From a virus, in the IMG/VR virus record IMGVR_UViG_3300025874_000006, positions 10,352 to 74,351 of that record: a stretch of 64,000 bases of DNA. One strand, written 5' to 3'. A program made the translations under genes and the position numbers. This document shows, in pieces, positions 17,785-26,094 of this stretch (position 1 is its first letter; each line of letters starts with the position of its first letter). The notes beneath the pieces are model-generated. The model was not told where the DNA came from. It did not search any database and saw only the letters and a program-made list of their open reading frames with translations.

Positions 17785-18855
17785 TCAGTAAGAATCTTTC
17801 TTTGCTCTCATGCGTTCTTGATGTTTTTCAATCGCTTTACGTCTAGCAACTGCTTTCAAGTCTGTCTTGGCAGGCTGGGAAGCCATAGCGACTTTATCAC
17901 GTCTGTGCTTAGGAGTAGTCTTAATTGCATGTGTAAGACGGCGATAATCATCGTCCTTTGCTTCCGACAAGTCTGTAGATTCTTTTATATCGTCCATTAA
18001 AGCCTTTACGGTCTTCATGTCCAGACCCATCTTCTTAGCAATCCACTGTGCAGATTTACCTTGGTCAATATAGCCATGGAACTCTTTCATCCTACCTTCT
18101 TCAAGGTCTACAGACTCGTTACGCTTAGACTTCTGAAAAGCATTGTAATCTTTACGTCTCTTAGCATCTGCTGCTTTCTCAGCAGGAGTCATCTGTGATA
18201 CTGGTTTCTTACCTTCCTCAACAGACTCTTTCATCGAACCAAAGCCTGGGTCGAACCCAGTAATGTCACGAAGGTTGGCAGTTGCCGCAAGACGTAGGTA
18301 ACGTAACTTAATACCCTTACTCTCGAACTCTGCATAATCGACTTCACCGTCACTTGACTTCTGTGACAGGTTATATAGAAGACCTTTCTTAACATCAATC
18401 TTAACTAAAGGAAAGATGTCACCTGCCATACTGTTGCGAGTAGCATAACGGAATACTGTTTGACCAGTCTTAACCTTTGCTTCCTTGCCAACATATGACT
18501 TATCACCAGCATCAAGACCGAACAGTACGATACCGTCTACCCTACCGTGGCCACATACACCAATCACTTTGTAACCTTTCTTGGTTCCGTAAGCAACTAC
18601 CTTTTCTTCACCCCAGTTACTAGGTGACTTATCTAAGAATTGTTGGTATGCTTCGTCAAGTTCAACAGATTCTTTCATAAGATAAGCATCAACACCGCCA
18701 GTAGACTTTAGTTTCCATTTCTTAGCCGCTTTCTGTGCCGCATCATATGAAGTAGGTGCAGTAACTACTACCTTACCTTTCTTAGCATGAACTACAGTGT
18801 AGGTCAATTCCTTTGCTTCTACAAGACTTTCTCTTAACTCACTAAACTGTTTCAC
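17785..18855 (-). CDS. Putative modular internal head polyprotein
   Basis: Repeated linkers ESLVE, ESVELDE, ESVEE, ESVDLEE, ESTDLSE. Confidence 0.6.
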   Translation of the reverse strand: MKQFSELRESLVEAKELTYTVVHAKKGKVVVTAPTSYDAAQKAAKKWKLKSTGGVDAYLMKESVELDEAYQQFLDKSPSNWGEEKVVAYGTKKGYKVIGVCGHGRVDGIVLFGLDAGDKSYVGKEAKVKTGQTVFRYATRNSMAGDIFPLVKIDVKKGLLYNLSQKSSDGEVDYAEFESKGIKLRYLRLAATANLRDITGFDPGFGSMKESVEEGKKPVSQMTPAEKAADAKRRKDYNAFQKSKRNESVDLEEGRMKEFHGYIDQGKSAQWIAKKMGLDMKTVKALMDDIKESTDLSEAKDDDYRRLTHAIKTTPKHRRDKVAMASQPAKTDLKAVARRKAIEKHQERMRAKKDSY

Positions 18856-18857
18856 GT

Positions 18858-19040
18858 TTAACTTCCTCTTGATGCGCCACGAATCATTTTCGTTGCTGCT
18901 CGGTTTGTATTATTTATTTTTAAATTGGGGCCTTGCGTCCCCATTGTACTAAATTGGTTGTTTTCAAAACTAGTAGACTGTAACTTTTCCTTCTTGGCTT
19001 GTGACATCTTTTTGTTACGTGGTTTCTTAGTCTTGCTCAT
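18858..19040 (-). CDS. Small basic protein
   Basis: K/R-rich operonic ORF. Confidence 0.55.
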   Translation of the reverse strand: MSKTKKPRNKKMSQAKKEKLQSTSFENNQFSTMGTQGPNLKINNTNRAATKMIRGASRGS

Positions 19041-19049
19041 AACTAATCC

Positions 19050-19331
19050 TTATGCTAAATCTTTGTCGTGGTTAAGACCACCCTTCTTCTTTTTAACTAT
19101 GAAGGCGTTTACTCGTGCGTGGCCCCATTGTTGTGGTGTCGTGCCTGGACGGTGACCCGTCTTCCATGCTGCGACTCCACGGTTATAAACCTTTTTTAGA
19201 GTCTCTGGAGATATACCTGACTTCTTTGCCTTAGAAGCGATACCGTCTGGGCCTTCTTCCAGATCTAATGTATCATACACTGAATAACGACCTTCGTCAA
19301 GGTATTTCTTAAAATTAATCATGGTTTCCAA
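19050..19331 (-). CDS. Putative internal protein (likely start MINFKK)
   Basis: LKKVYNRGVAAWKTGHRPG.T.QQW..ARVNAF; MINFKKYLDE. Confidence 0.65.
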   Translation of the reverse strand: METMINFKKYLDEGRYSVYDTLDLEEGPDGIASKAKKSGISPETLKKVYNRGVAAWKTGHRPGTTPQQWGHARVNAFIVKKKKGGLNHDKDLA

Positions 19332-21025
19332 TCTCCTAACATATCGTGAAGTACTTTATCGTCCATACCCGCATATGTCTTGGCGACCTTCTGTGCATAA
19401 TACTGTGTACCATGACTCAGTTTACCTTGAGAGCCGTTGCTCTTACGGGTCAGAAGTTTCTTCAAGGTCATCAACGCATGTTGGTATTGTTTTTTGTTCA
19501 GGGTCTTAGACTTTATTTTATCCATGAACCCTTCATTAACACCTACGATATTCTCTTCTGCAACACAATCAGGAACTGTCTTATCACCTTTCTTTTTCAT
19601 ACCGACTTGCTTGTAACCGTCCCAACAATCTTCGTCATACATGTCTTTGAATGACTTGGTATACTTTGATGGTTTGGTCTTAGCGGCCGCATCGCCAGGT
19701 GCTGGTTTGTATGCAGAGGAATCGTCATCTGCTTTCTTACCATGCTTTTTGAAGTGTGCGTCACGTTTAGCTTTCGTGGACTTTGCAAGGCCTTTGTGAT
19801 AACGAGCCGGTTGAGTACCTTCTCGGTCTTTTATATCGGGGTCTTGTCCTTCATACTGGATGACTGGACTAGTTGTCTTAAACCCTTTCTTACGCATTAT
19901 AGTCTTGTTAACCATTTCGAACTCACCGTTCTTATAGTTTACAACGACAGGTAAATTTAGGTCTGACTGCATATCTTTCAATACCGCCTCAGCATCCCCA
20001 TGCTGTTTTACACCTTTGCCCTTGTTCTTTGCAATCTTCTTGAACAACCGTTGAAGTTCCGTTACCTTAATAGCGGGTTTGTTACGGGTATCATTCATAC
20101 GGTCTGCGAAGTGTCGCGTAAACTCGATGTCGATATTGAACTTCTTCAATAGACGGTCACCGAACTTTTCTAAATCGTTAAGTTGCCCTTGGGTCACATC
20201 TTCGGAGATTAACTCCACAGATTCTAACCACTTGCGCATCTTCTTGCCTTCGTTAGTCTCAACGATGACATAGTTTGCACCTAGGATAGATATGGTAGCA
20301 ATCTCATCACTTTCTTTGATTACTACCACATCCCCTACCTCGAACAATTCTCCTTGCACGAACTTCTCTCGTGCTTCGGATACTGTCTCAAGTTCTAGGT
20401 GATTACGGAATTCACTGGCTTCCTTTAGTCCCATACCCTTACGCACATCGTTAAACAACTTGCGTGTGTCTGGATTTGACATGGACTTAGGAACACCTTG
20501 CGAGAAAGAAACAAAATCATTATTCGTTGCGTTCTCTCTTTGTTTAGAAGCAGACATGCCTTCAACACCAGTAGCGTCTGGATCTCTCTTACCGGCAGAT
20601 ACCACCTTGATGTTCTTGAAGTTATAAAAACCATGTCTTGCTTTCTGTCCGTTGTACTTATTCAACAGGACATCAAATTCTGTAATTCTGTCGTCACCAA
20701 CAACCATAGTTACTGACTTGTAACCTTGATCATATAGTGCGACCATGGCGTTGATAGCTGTTTTAACAGACTTATCCACCATGATATTCCGTGCATGTTT
20801 CGGAAACATTTTTCTTGTGTGTTTGATTTTATCAGAGTACGATAGCGGATTCTTCTTTGCGTCTTGTGATTGTGACACAAATACTTTATAGTCCGTTTTA
20901 CCGGACTTCTTCGCTAAAGTATCCATTACCTTGCCGTGACCAATCGTAGGAGGATTCATACGACCAAACGTGAAGTATACTTCGCGTTCTTCTTCGACAA
21001 GATATTGACTAAAATTCTTGATCAC
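19319..21025 (-). CDS. HIGH-superfamily nucleotidyltransferase (cytidyltransferase-like) with extra C-terminal modules
   Basis: FTFGRMNPPTIGH, KNPL, VVGDDR, MSASKQR. Confidence 0.8.
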   Translation of the reverse strand: MIKNFSQYLVEEEREVYFTFGRMNPPTIGHGKVMDTLAKKSGKTDYKVFVSQSQDAKKNPLSYSDKIKHTRKMFPKHARNIMVDKSVKTAINAMVALYDQGYKSVTMVVGDDRITEFDVLLNKYNGQKARHGFYNFKNIKVVSAGKRDPDATGVEGMSASKQRENATNNDFVSFSQGVPKSMSNPDTRKLFNDVRKGMGLKEASEFRNHLELETVSEAREKFVQGELFEVGDVVVIKESDEIATISILGANYVIVETNEGKKMRKWLESVELISEDVTQGQLNDLEKFGDRLLKKFNIDIEFTRHFADRMNDTRNKPAIKVTELQRLFKKIAKNKGKGVKQHGDAEAVLKDMQSDLNLPVVVNYKNGEFEMVNKTIMRKKGFKTTSPVIQYEGQDPDIKDREGTQPARYHKGLAKSTKAKRDAHFKKHGKKADDDSSAYKPAPGDAAAKTKPSKYTKSFKDMYDEDCWDGYKQVGMKKKGDKTVPDCVAEENIVGVNEGFMDKIKSKTLNKKQYQHALMTLKKLLTRKSNGSQGKLSHGTQYYAQKVAKTYAGMDDKVLHDMLGDWKP

Positions 21026-21390
21026 TTGTTATCGCCTTTAGACCTGTTTCTTTTGCGTTCGATTTCTTGCTTACGAACAACCTTTACAAGTTTCTTAGCT
21101 TGGCGATCTATACGTGCTTGTACCGCAGGTTTTTCGAGTCTCTTCTCTATACCCTTCTTACGAGCAACAGACATCTCACCTTTATCCTGACCCTTAGTGA
21201 TCTTAGAGACCATAGCCTTACGCGCCTGTCGGCGAGCACGCTTCTTTAGGGTGTCCATAGAGGCGAACTTTCTCTCGGCACGCTTACGTGCCATTGCGAT
21301 ACGAGCTTTATTCTTTTTCATTCGCATCGCCATTTTGCGGCGTTGCTGCATATCTAAAACTTCAGATATGAGATCTTTAAATGACAACAT
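21022..21390 (-). CDS. Very basic putative internal protein
   Basis: MLSFKDLISE followed by R/K-rich helices. Confidence 0.6.
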   Translation of the reverse strand: MLSFKDLISEVLDMQQRRKMAMRMKKNKARIAMARKRAERKFASMDTLKKRARRQARKAMVSKITKGQDKGEMSVARKKGIEKRLEKPAVQARIDRQAKKLVKVVRKQEIERKRNRSKGDNK

Positions 21391-21423
21391 GTCATATAAT
21401 CCTTCTGTTGGTTTATCCCATTA

Positions 21424-22644
21424 TTATCTTCGGGCTGAGTCCCAGCCCTTTAATATATTAGATGAAAAGTTGTTGTATGAAAATTCCATACGGTCAACCA
21501 GTTTCACCGCATCACCACCAAGTGTGTCAATTGCTACATAACCTTCTTCACCAGTCACTTTGTAACCATCAGAAGTTTTCACGAAAGTATCAATCGATTT
21601 AAGTTTGTCTAAACTATTTATAAGTTTTAATTTGACTAAAACTATTAATTTTTGCAATTCGAACATTTTAACTAAGTTTGCACGATTTGAAGCAGAAAAG
21701 AACTCCATTTCGTCCGCATACTTCTGTCTCCACGTCTCTTTACCACGTTCAGACTTCTTACTGTCAATCTCTTTTTTGTAGTAAGCTTGTCTATTACTTA
21801 TCAATCCGTTAACATGCTTTTTTGAGTCGGGCAGTAATGCACCGGCACGAACGAAAGAGTTGTTGTATGTCTCAATCGACTGTGCGAGTTTAGGATTATT
21901 CTCTAATGCACGTAGAGTTGTTGCAGAGGTTTGTTTGAATAACTTACCAATTTGAGTGAGAGTCTTATTAATGTCTTTGGTTTCTTTCTCTGACATGGTG
22001 GCTTTGGTCACATCTTTCAACATTGCGTCCTGAGACCATACGTTCCTAGATTTTTTTAATTTAGAAACGTCCACTCCATAAGAGGCCTTCATCGATTCAA
22101 AGTCGCTCCCAGTATAGGTAGTGTGCCATACTATACCAATCTTTGCATCACGAACTTCTTTCCCTTGGTCATACGGTACTGCATATGCAATAGTGTTCGG
22201 GTGGAACACACTATACTTTTGTCCATCGATAGTCTTAGTAGACACATCACCTTTACCGAACAGGAAGTCTCCCTGAATAACACCCTTGATTCCCAACTCA
22301 GGAAGATACCGCAGAGCGTCCTTCAACTTAGCGTTCAGGTCTCCCGAAGTATCATCATCGATGTCGGCATCTGTCTTGTAGACCTTTGGGTTCTTATTGA
22401 AGATACCTTTCTTAGCAACAAAGAACTTACCGTCACTTGGATCAGTACCGCAGAAGACAGCAGGAGCGCCATCCCACTTTACGGACACACTCCCTTTAGA
22501 AGTACCAGCCAACATATCTCGCAGACCCCGAAGAGCAAAGATTGCCTCACGGGTTCCTTGGACACCACCATAAAGGACTTTGTCCTCAATGTGAGTCATG
22601 TGAGTATTTTTACTCTCCGTTATGAAGTCTGCGAAGTTTTCCAT
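21424..22644 (-). CDS. DUF6267-like protein with ATP-dependent ligase-type motifs
   Basis: HMTHIED, VKWDG (KxDG), QGDFLF, EEGYV, VKLVDR. Confidence 0.7.
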   Translation of the reverse strand: MENFADFITESKNTHMTHIEDKVLYGGVQGTREAIFALRGLRDMLAGTSKGSVSVKWDGAPAVFCGTDPSDGKFFVAKKGIFNKNPKVYKTDADIDDDTSGDLNAKLKDALRYLPELGIKGVIQGDFLFGKGDVSTKTIDGQKYSVFHPNTIAYAVPYDQGKEVRDAKIGIVWHTTYTGSDFESMKASYGVDVSKLKKSRNVWSQDAMLKDVTKATMSEKETKDINKTLTQIGKLFKQTSATTLRALENNPKLAQSIETYNNSFVRAGALLPDSKKHVNGLISNRQAYYKKEIDSKKSERGKETWRQKYADEMEFFSASNRANLVKMFELQKLIVLVKLKLINSLDKLKSIDTFVKTSDGYKVTGEEGYVAIDTLGGDAVKLVDRMEFSYNNFSSNILKGWDSARR

Positions 22645-23480
22645 TATACGTTGTCTACCAAAATTATATCGAATGTTGCGGATACCTGAGTTGCTTGACC
22701 AGCAAGCACATCAATCTGGATGTCATGTTTTTCAGGGATTACTAAAGGTACTGGATACGAGATATCCAAACTTTGTCCGCCTGCTGCGTTTAGATTCGCC
22801 TTGATTCTAAACACACCACCATTAAGAATTTCTCGGCAGAACAAACGATATGTCATTCGTGAGTTGGTCGATGCTTTGTCAGAACCCAAGTGAATACCTA
22901 ACAAGTACGCGGTCTTTCCAGCCGGTACTGTGTAGATTGCCATCAATGTCTGACCAAGTCCAGCAATAATCTTTGCTGCGAGTACTGCACCTAAGTTAAT
23001 CTCAATATCACTTTGGTTTGTGACGGTAGACATTTTAACACGGAACACACGAGAGAATATGAGTGTGCCCGTAGCACCAATCTCAATCGTTTCGCTCTGT
23101 AGATTATAGTTCTCATCCAGACCGTCTACTATTACTTCTTCTCCGACTTCAGTTGCAGATGAAACTGAAACTAAACCGTTAGCTGGATATGGATATGCGA
23201 TAGACCCATCATTACCGTCCCAGATAGTTCCGGCCGTTACGTCTCCATCGGTCGCACCAAACTTATTGATATGATTGTATCCTGTAAGAGCACCAGCTGC
23301 AAGTGGAATGTTACTTGCCGCACCAGAGGTGTTTAGGATGTTACCGTCTTTGTCCGCAAGCATCACCACTTCGTGGAGGTCTGCGTTGAATAAATTTTGT
23401 TGTCTTACTACACTAAATTGTGCCATAATTGTTCCCCTATAATAGTTTTTTACCAGTTGCCGGTTTACTCTTATAATCAC
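22644..23480 (-). CDS. Putative virion structural protein (likely start MAQFS)
   Basis: HINKFG, GQTLMAIYTVPAGKTAYL; beta-rich. Confidence 0.6.
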   Translation of the reverse strand: MIIRVNRQLVKNYYRGTIMAQFSVVRQQNLFNADLHEVVMLADKDGNILNTSGAASNIPLAAGALTGYNHINKFGATDGDVTAGTIWDGNDGSIAYPYPANGLVSVSSATEVGEEVIVDGLDENYNLQSETIEIGATGTLIFSRVFRVKMSTVTNQSDIEINLGAVLAAKIIAGLGQTLMAIYTVPAGKTAYLLGIHLGSDKASTNSRMTYRLFCREILNGGVFRIKANLNAAGGQSLDISYPVPLVIPEKHDIQIDVLAGQATQVSATFDIILVDNV

Positions 23481-24588
23481 ACATTATGTGCGATGGATAG
23501 ATTCCACCCTGTTTGTTTCGTATATTTACCTTAAAGTCGAAGTATCGATTACTGAATACAATGTCTATTCGCTTACCGTTGCCTTGTTTACCACCGTATT
23601 GTATCTCGACATCTCCAGTGATAGTGGCATACTGCGGGTTCTTAGAGTCAGACATTTCCCAGAAGTACACCTTACCGCCTTCCATGCCGTGAACCATCCA
23701 ATAATTAGAACCAATACAAGTCTGTAAGAATTTCTTTAACTTTTGTTTATCTAATTTTGCCTTGACGTTAGGGAATTTTTTTCTTCCGTAATTGTTAAAT
23801 ACATCACAGAATATATCATCCTCTATACCGAAGGTATCTAATATAGCCTTGCCCATAGTAGTCTGTATTGACCCAGACTTTATGTCAGACGGAGTAAATA
23901 TCTGAACAACACCAGCGTTCATGAAAGTCAAAGTACTTGAGAACTTCAATGAAAGGTAACTGAACTTTCCGTTAGCGTGTTTTAATGTAATGTCAGTTAA
24001 CTTTTTACCGTGTTCTGCGTGATTATATGGAGCAATAATCAACTGGTTACCTTGCATTTTAATGGGCCGACTTTGGTTCATACCACCTTCCGCAATAACT
24101 TCAGTTACCGGAGATCTCATCTCCTCAGCACATCTAACAAGTACCTTCTCGACTTCTTTTGAATACGTCTTATTACTTTTTAAACCAGACAGTTGTTCGT
24201 TCAATACTTCAACGAAGTCTTTCTCAAACTTAATCCCTTTGTTTACTCTGGTACCGCCAGCAGGTTGACCACCAAACTCTTCGGTCTTCTCCAATTTACC
24301 GAGAGACAGTTCGACTCTGGAACTCTGGCCTTGCATCTTACCACCAACTATTACCTTCCGTTGATTGGTAGGTAATAGTTTCAGAGCAAGAATCTTGCCA
24401 GCAATGTCTACTGGTTCCCCACTAGAGTACTTCGTGTTGTTGATAACAACATACTCAGCAACGAGAATGCCGTCATCCGTGACAAAGTTATTAGACTTAC
24501 CATCCATCTGAAAAACTTTTTGCACGAGAACTTCGGAACGATATTCTCTATTTTCTCTCGTTATCTCATTGTATGATAAATTTGCCAT
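23437..24588 (-). CDS. Hypothetical protein, possible PD-(D/E)xK nuclease fold
   Basis: LTDITL...YLSLK; first gene after the late promoter at 24629. Confidence 0.5.
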   Translation of the reverse strand: MANLSYNEITRENREYRSEVLVQKVFQMDGKSNNFVTDDGILVAEYVVINNTKYSSGEPVDIAGKILALKLLPTNQRKVIVGGKMQGQSSRVELSLGKLEKTEEFGGQPAGGTRVNKGIKFEKDFVEVLNEQLSGLKSNKTYSKEVEKVLVRCAEEMRSPVTEVIAEGGMNQSRPIKMQGNQLIIAPYNHAEHGKKLTDITLKHANGKFSYLSLKFSSTLTFMNAGVVQIFTPSDIKSGSIQTTMGKAILDTFGIEDDIFCDVFNNYGRKKFPNVKAKLDKQKLKKFLQTCIGSNYWMVHGMEGGKVYFWEMSDSKNPQYATITGDVEIQYGGKQGNGKRIDIVFSNRYFDFKVNIRNKQGGIYPSHIMCDYKSKPATGKKLL

Positions 24589-24628
24589 TAACCAGTCCTC
24601 TTTACTCTCTATAGAGTATAACAGATAC

Positions 24629-24636
24629 TATTTATA
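24629..24636 (-). promoter_or_regulatory. T4-type late promoter TATAAATA heading the internal-protein block
   Basis: Exact consensus about 40 nt before ATG 24588. Confidence 0.75.
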
Positions 24637-25351
24637 TGTCAAGAACATTTGCACTATTTTCTTCATTATATTGGGCAATAGTGTCGCGAAGTGGACGTAC
24701 CCAGTTGTCACGATGTTCAATAAACACTTGAGGTTCGTGATTATCAACGGAGATAATTGTAACGAGTTGAGTGATGGGCATTCCAGTGCGTTCTTCCCAC
24801 ATGATGGAATATGCAGACTCTTGCATGAAGTAGTTCTTAATCCAGTCAAGACGTTTGGGTTTCATAGAAGTCTTGTAGTCGATGATAGACAATTTACCAT
24901 CGAAGACGCCTACGCAATCCACACGGCCGGCAACACCCAGATGGGTAGAGTACAGTGGTGCTTCTTGAGCATGAACGACAGAAAGACGTTCGTCAAGGAT
25001 TGGTTTAATCTTTAGGAAGGAATCTATTAGGTCAGGAGTACGTTTGGTCAACTTCTGTTCACCAGTGTCGATATCCATAGCCATGTACTTGTCATAGTCT
25101 GGATCGTTGTTGACATACTGTTCACAGATTTCGTGAACCGCAGTACCACGCGTAGATGCGCGATAGGAGACACGGTTCGCTTCTTTCTCACCAACACGAG
25201 CACGCCATTTAGCAATGGAGTCGCGAGAGAGAATAGAAAGAACAGTAGTGATAGAAGGTAAGGTGATACCTTCGGGGGTTTCGTATTGACGACCAGTGTC
25301 CGTAGTTACGGCAGTCATCTCAGTCAGTTCCACGGGAACATGTTTAAACAT
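24632..25351 (-). CDS. PD-(D/E)xK (Cas4/RecB-like) exonuclease
   Basis: PSITTVL, RGTAVH, AGRVDC, IIDYKTS, QESAY. Confidence 0.88.
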   Translation of the reverse strand: MFKHVPVELTEMTAVTTDTGRQYETPEGITLPSITTVLSILSRDSIAKWRARVGEKEANRVSYRASTRGTAVHEICEQYVNNDPDYDKYMAMDIDTGEQKLTKRTPDLIDSFLKIKPILDERLSVVHAQEAPLYSTHLGVAGRVDCVGVFDGKLSIIDYKTSMKPKRLDWIKNYFMQESAYSIMWEERTGMPITQLVTIISVDNHEPQVFIEHRDNWVRPLRDTIAQYNEENSANVLDI

Positions 25352-25536
25352 AATATAATCCAATTCAATTTAATATACCCCTATTATAAAGGATTTGAAT
25401 GGATTTGTCAATAGGTAAATGTGACTAATTTTACTATATTGGTCAAATAAGAATCCCCACGAATACGGGGGCTCTTGTAGGGTACTTTATGTCTTGGAGA
25501 ACCTTAACTTACTGCTCTGGCATTTTTCTCATGCAC

Positions 25537-25561
25537 AAAAAAACCGCCCAAAAGCGGTTTC
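25537..25561 (-). terminator. Intrinsic terminator
   Basis: GAAACCGCTTTTGGGCGGTTTTTTT. Confidence 0.85.
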
Positions 25562-25634
25562 TTCGATGTTACTTGTCGGCTAAGCTTTCTACAGCGTCGT
25601 GAGACTGGAGGCCGTCCCAGAACTCTCACCAGAT
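25537..25634 (-). ncRNA. Putative ~98-nt small RNA with its own promoter and terminator
   Basis: TTGACT-17-TATAAT at 25641-25669; GTGAGA/TCTCAC plus CTGG/CCAG hairpin; intrinsic terminator at 25537-25561; no ATG in the transcript. Confidence 0.65.
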
Positions 25635-25665
25635 GCCCTAATTATAGGCTTTGATAGCAGACGAG

Positions 25666-25728
25666 TCAATCACCGCTGAGAATAGCGGCAGTCATTTCAG
25701 TCAAAGGTATAGGGTCGTGTGTAAACAT
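25666..25728 (-). pseudogene. 20-codon remnant of the exonuclease 5' end
   Basis: MFTHDPIPLTEMTA vs MFKHVPVELTEMTA behind an identical promoter and leader. Confidence 0.7.
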
Positions 25729-25827
25729 AATATAATCCAATTCAATTTAATATACCCCTATTATAAAGGATTTGAATGGATTTGTCAAGGGTGATAGGTG
25801 ACCAATTTAGGACTGTTGGTCACGTAA

Positions 25828-26020
25828 GAATCCCCACGAGTACGGGGCTCTTTATGGTACTCTTATGGTTTGGTGAACCTTAACTTGCGAGAGGTTTAAT
25901 TCTCTGCTGCTTGGCATTTTTAACATGCACGTTTTGAGAGATCGCAGTTATCAAGTTAGTGCGCAATGTTAGGCGCAATGTTCATCTCTTTTAGTACCGA
26001 GCCCCGTACAGTGGGGAAAT
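25828..26020 (-). ncRNA. Putative ~190-nt structured RNA directly after tRNA-Ala
   Basis: Ends pair: TCCCCAC-T-GTACGGGGCTC-GGTACT with AGTACC..GAGCCCCGTAC-TC-GTGGGGA; inner stems TGAAC/GTTCA and TAACTTG/CAAGTTA. Confidence 0.6.
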
Positions 26021-26094
26021 TGGTGGAGGAACGGGGAATCGAACCCCGATCGACGCCGTGCAAGGGCGCAGTAATCCCGTTATACTATTCCCCC
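26021..26094 (-). tRNA. tRNA-Ala(UGC)
   Basis: Cloverleaf, G3:U70 pair, CTTGCAC loop, encoded CCA. Confidence 0.92.

Larger units (their letters stand above)
25309..25930. repeat. Diverged direct duplication (25309-25536 / 25686-25930) with an identical 67-bp core (25345-25411 / 25722-25788)
   Basis: The core holds TTGACA-17-TATAAT, the leader and the ATG; the flanks align with substitutions and indels. Confidence 0.95.

Noticed and set aside
25345-25788. CRISPR mini-array next to a Cas4-like nuclease
   Set aside because: Only two 67-bp copies 377 bp apart, each a promoter plus leader and start codon; the sizes do not fit repeat-spacer structure and the nuclease is a common stand-alone phage exonuclease
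25828-26020. tmRNA, retron msr-msd or IS200/IS605 end
   Set aside because: No TTCGA T-arm with CCA end or tag frame; no reverse transcriptase, TnpA or TnpB in the window; similarity to IS605 right ends is limited to AGAATCCCC
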